NCBI GenBank assembly: GCA_013152035.1
Contig: JAADHB010000017.1
Span: forward strand, 1 to 36,518
From: a bacterium
GTDB taxonomy: Bacteria > Patescibacteriota > Minisyncoccia > UBA9983
Length of the DNA: 36,518 nt
Reading direction: 5' to 3'
Shown in pieces: positions 36,466 to 36,518 of this stretch (within the stretch, counting starts at the first letter, position 1; the number at the start of each line of letters is the position of its first letter). The notes below the pieces were generated by a model. That model saw only the letters and a list, made by a program, of their open reading frames with translations, did not search any database and was not told the DNA's origin. The position numbers were made by a program, and so were the translations under genes.

Positions 36466-36518
36466 CTCGGACCAACAAATCCCCCAAGGTAAGACCTTGG
36501 GGGATTTGTTGGTCCGAG
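36466..36518. repeat. Perfect 25-bp inverted repeat with CCCAAGGT-AAG-ACCTTGGG core, ending at the last base
   Basis: CTCGGACCAACAAATCCCCCAAGGT-AAG-ACCTTGGGGGATTTGTTGGTCCGAG. Confidence 0.9.

Overview
A 36.5-kb chromosomal segment in genetic code 11. Gene content and style point to a Patescibacteria/CPR (Parcubacteria-like) bacterium, by inference. The left arm (1-16.1 kb, all minus strand) is a cell-surface locus: four GT4 glycosyltransferases, two SAM methyltransferases, an orphan PemK/MazF-like gene, a ~1180-aa secreted Zn-phospholipase C/P1-nuclease + lamin-tail + beta-helix protein with a membrane partner, a TPR protein and a ~1190-aa peptidoglycan-binding S-layer-like protein with a long structured leader. 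Next is a helical-bundle + winged-HTH gene whose 5' half and upstream region carry about 11 copies of TGTCCNWTA, divergent from ftsK-recA-efp-tRNA-Ala. The rest is mainly housekeeping (rpsF-ssb-rpsR, an internally shortened phosphomannomutase, tatD, metG, AI-2E, M16 peptidase, glyQS, recO, amino acid permease, LOG family, beta-CASP RNase, ndk), plus a Phd-RelE module. Signals outside the ORF track: a compact 6S-like RNA, a 20-codon ORF with its own promoter, perfect SD and terminator, a CCCAAGGW-NNN-WCCTTGGG palindrome family, 7-bp tandem repeats inside genes and widespread leaderless gene architecture. Three genes are frameshifted (ftsK, rpsR, S-layer gene), probably through assembly errors. 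All calls come from reading the sequence; no database searches were run.
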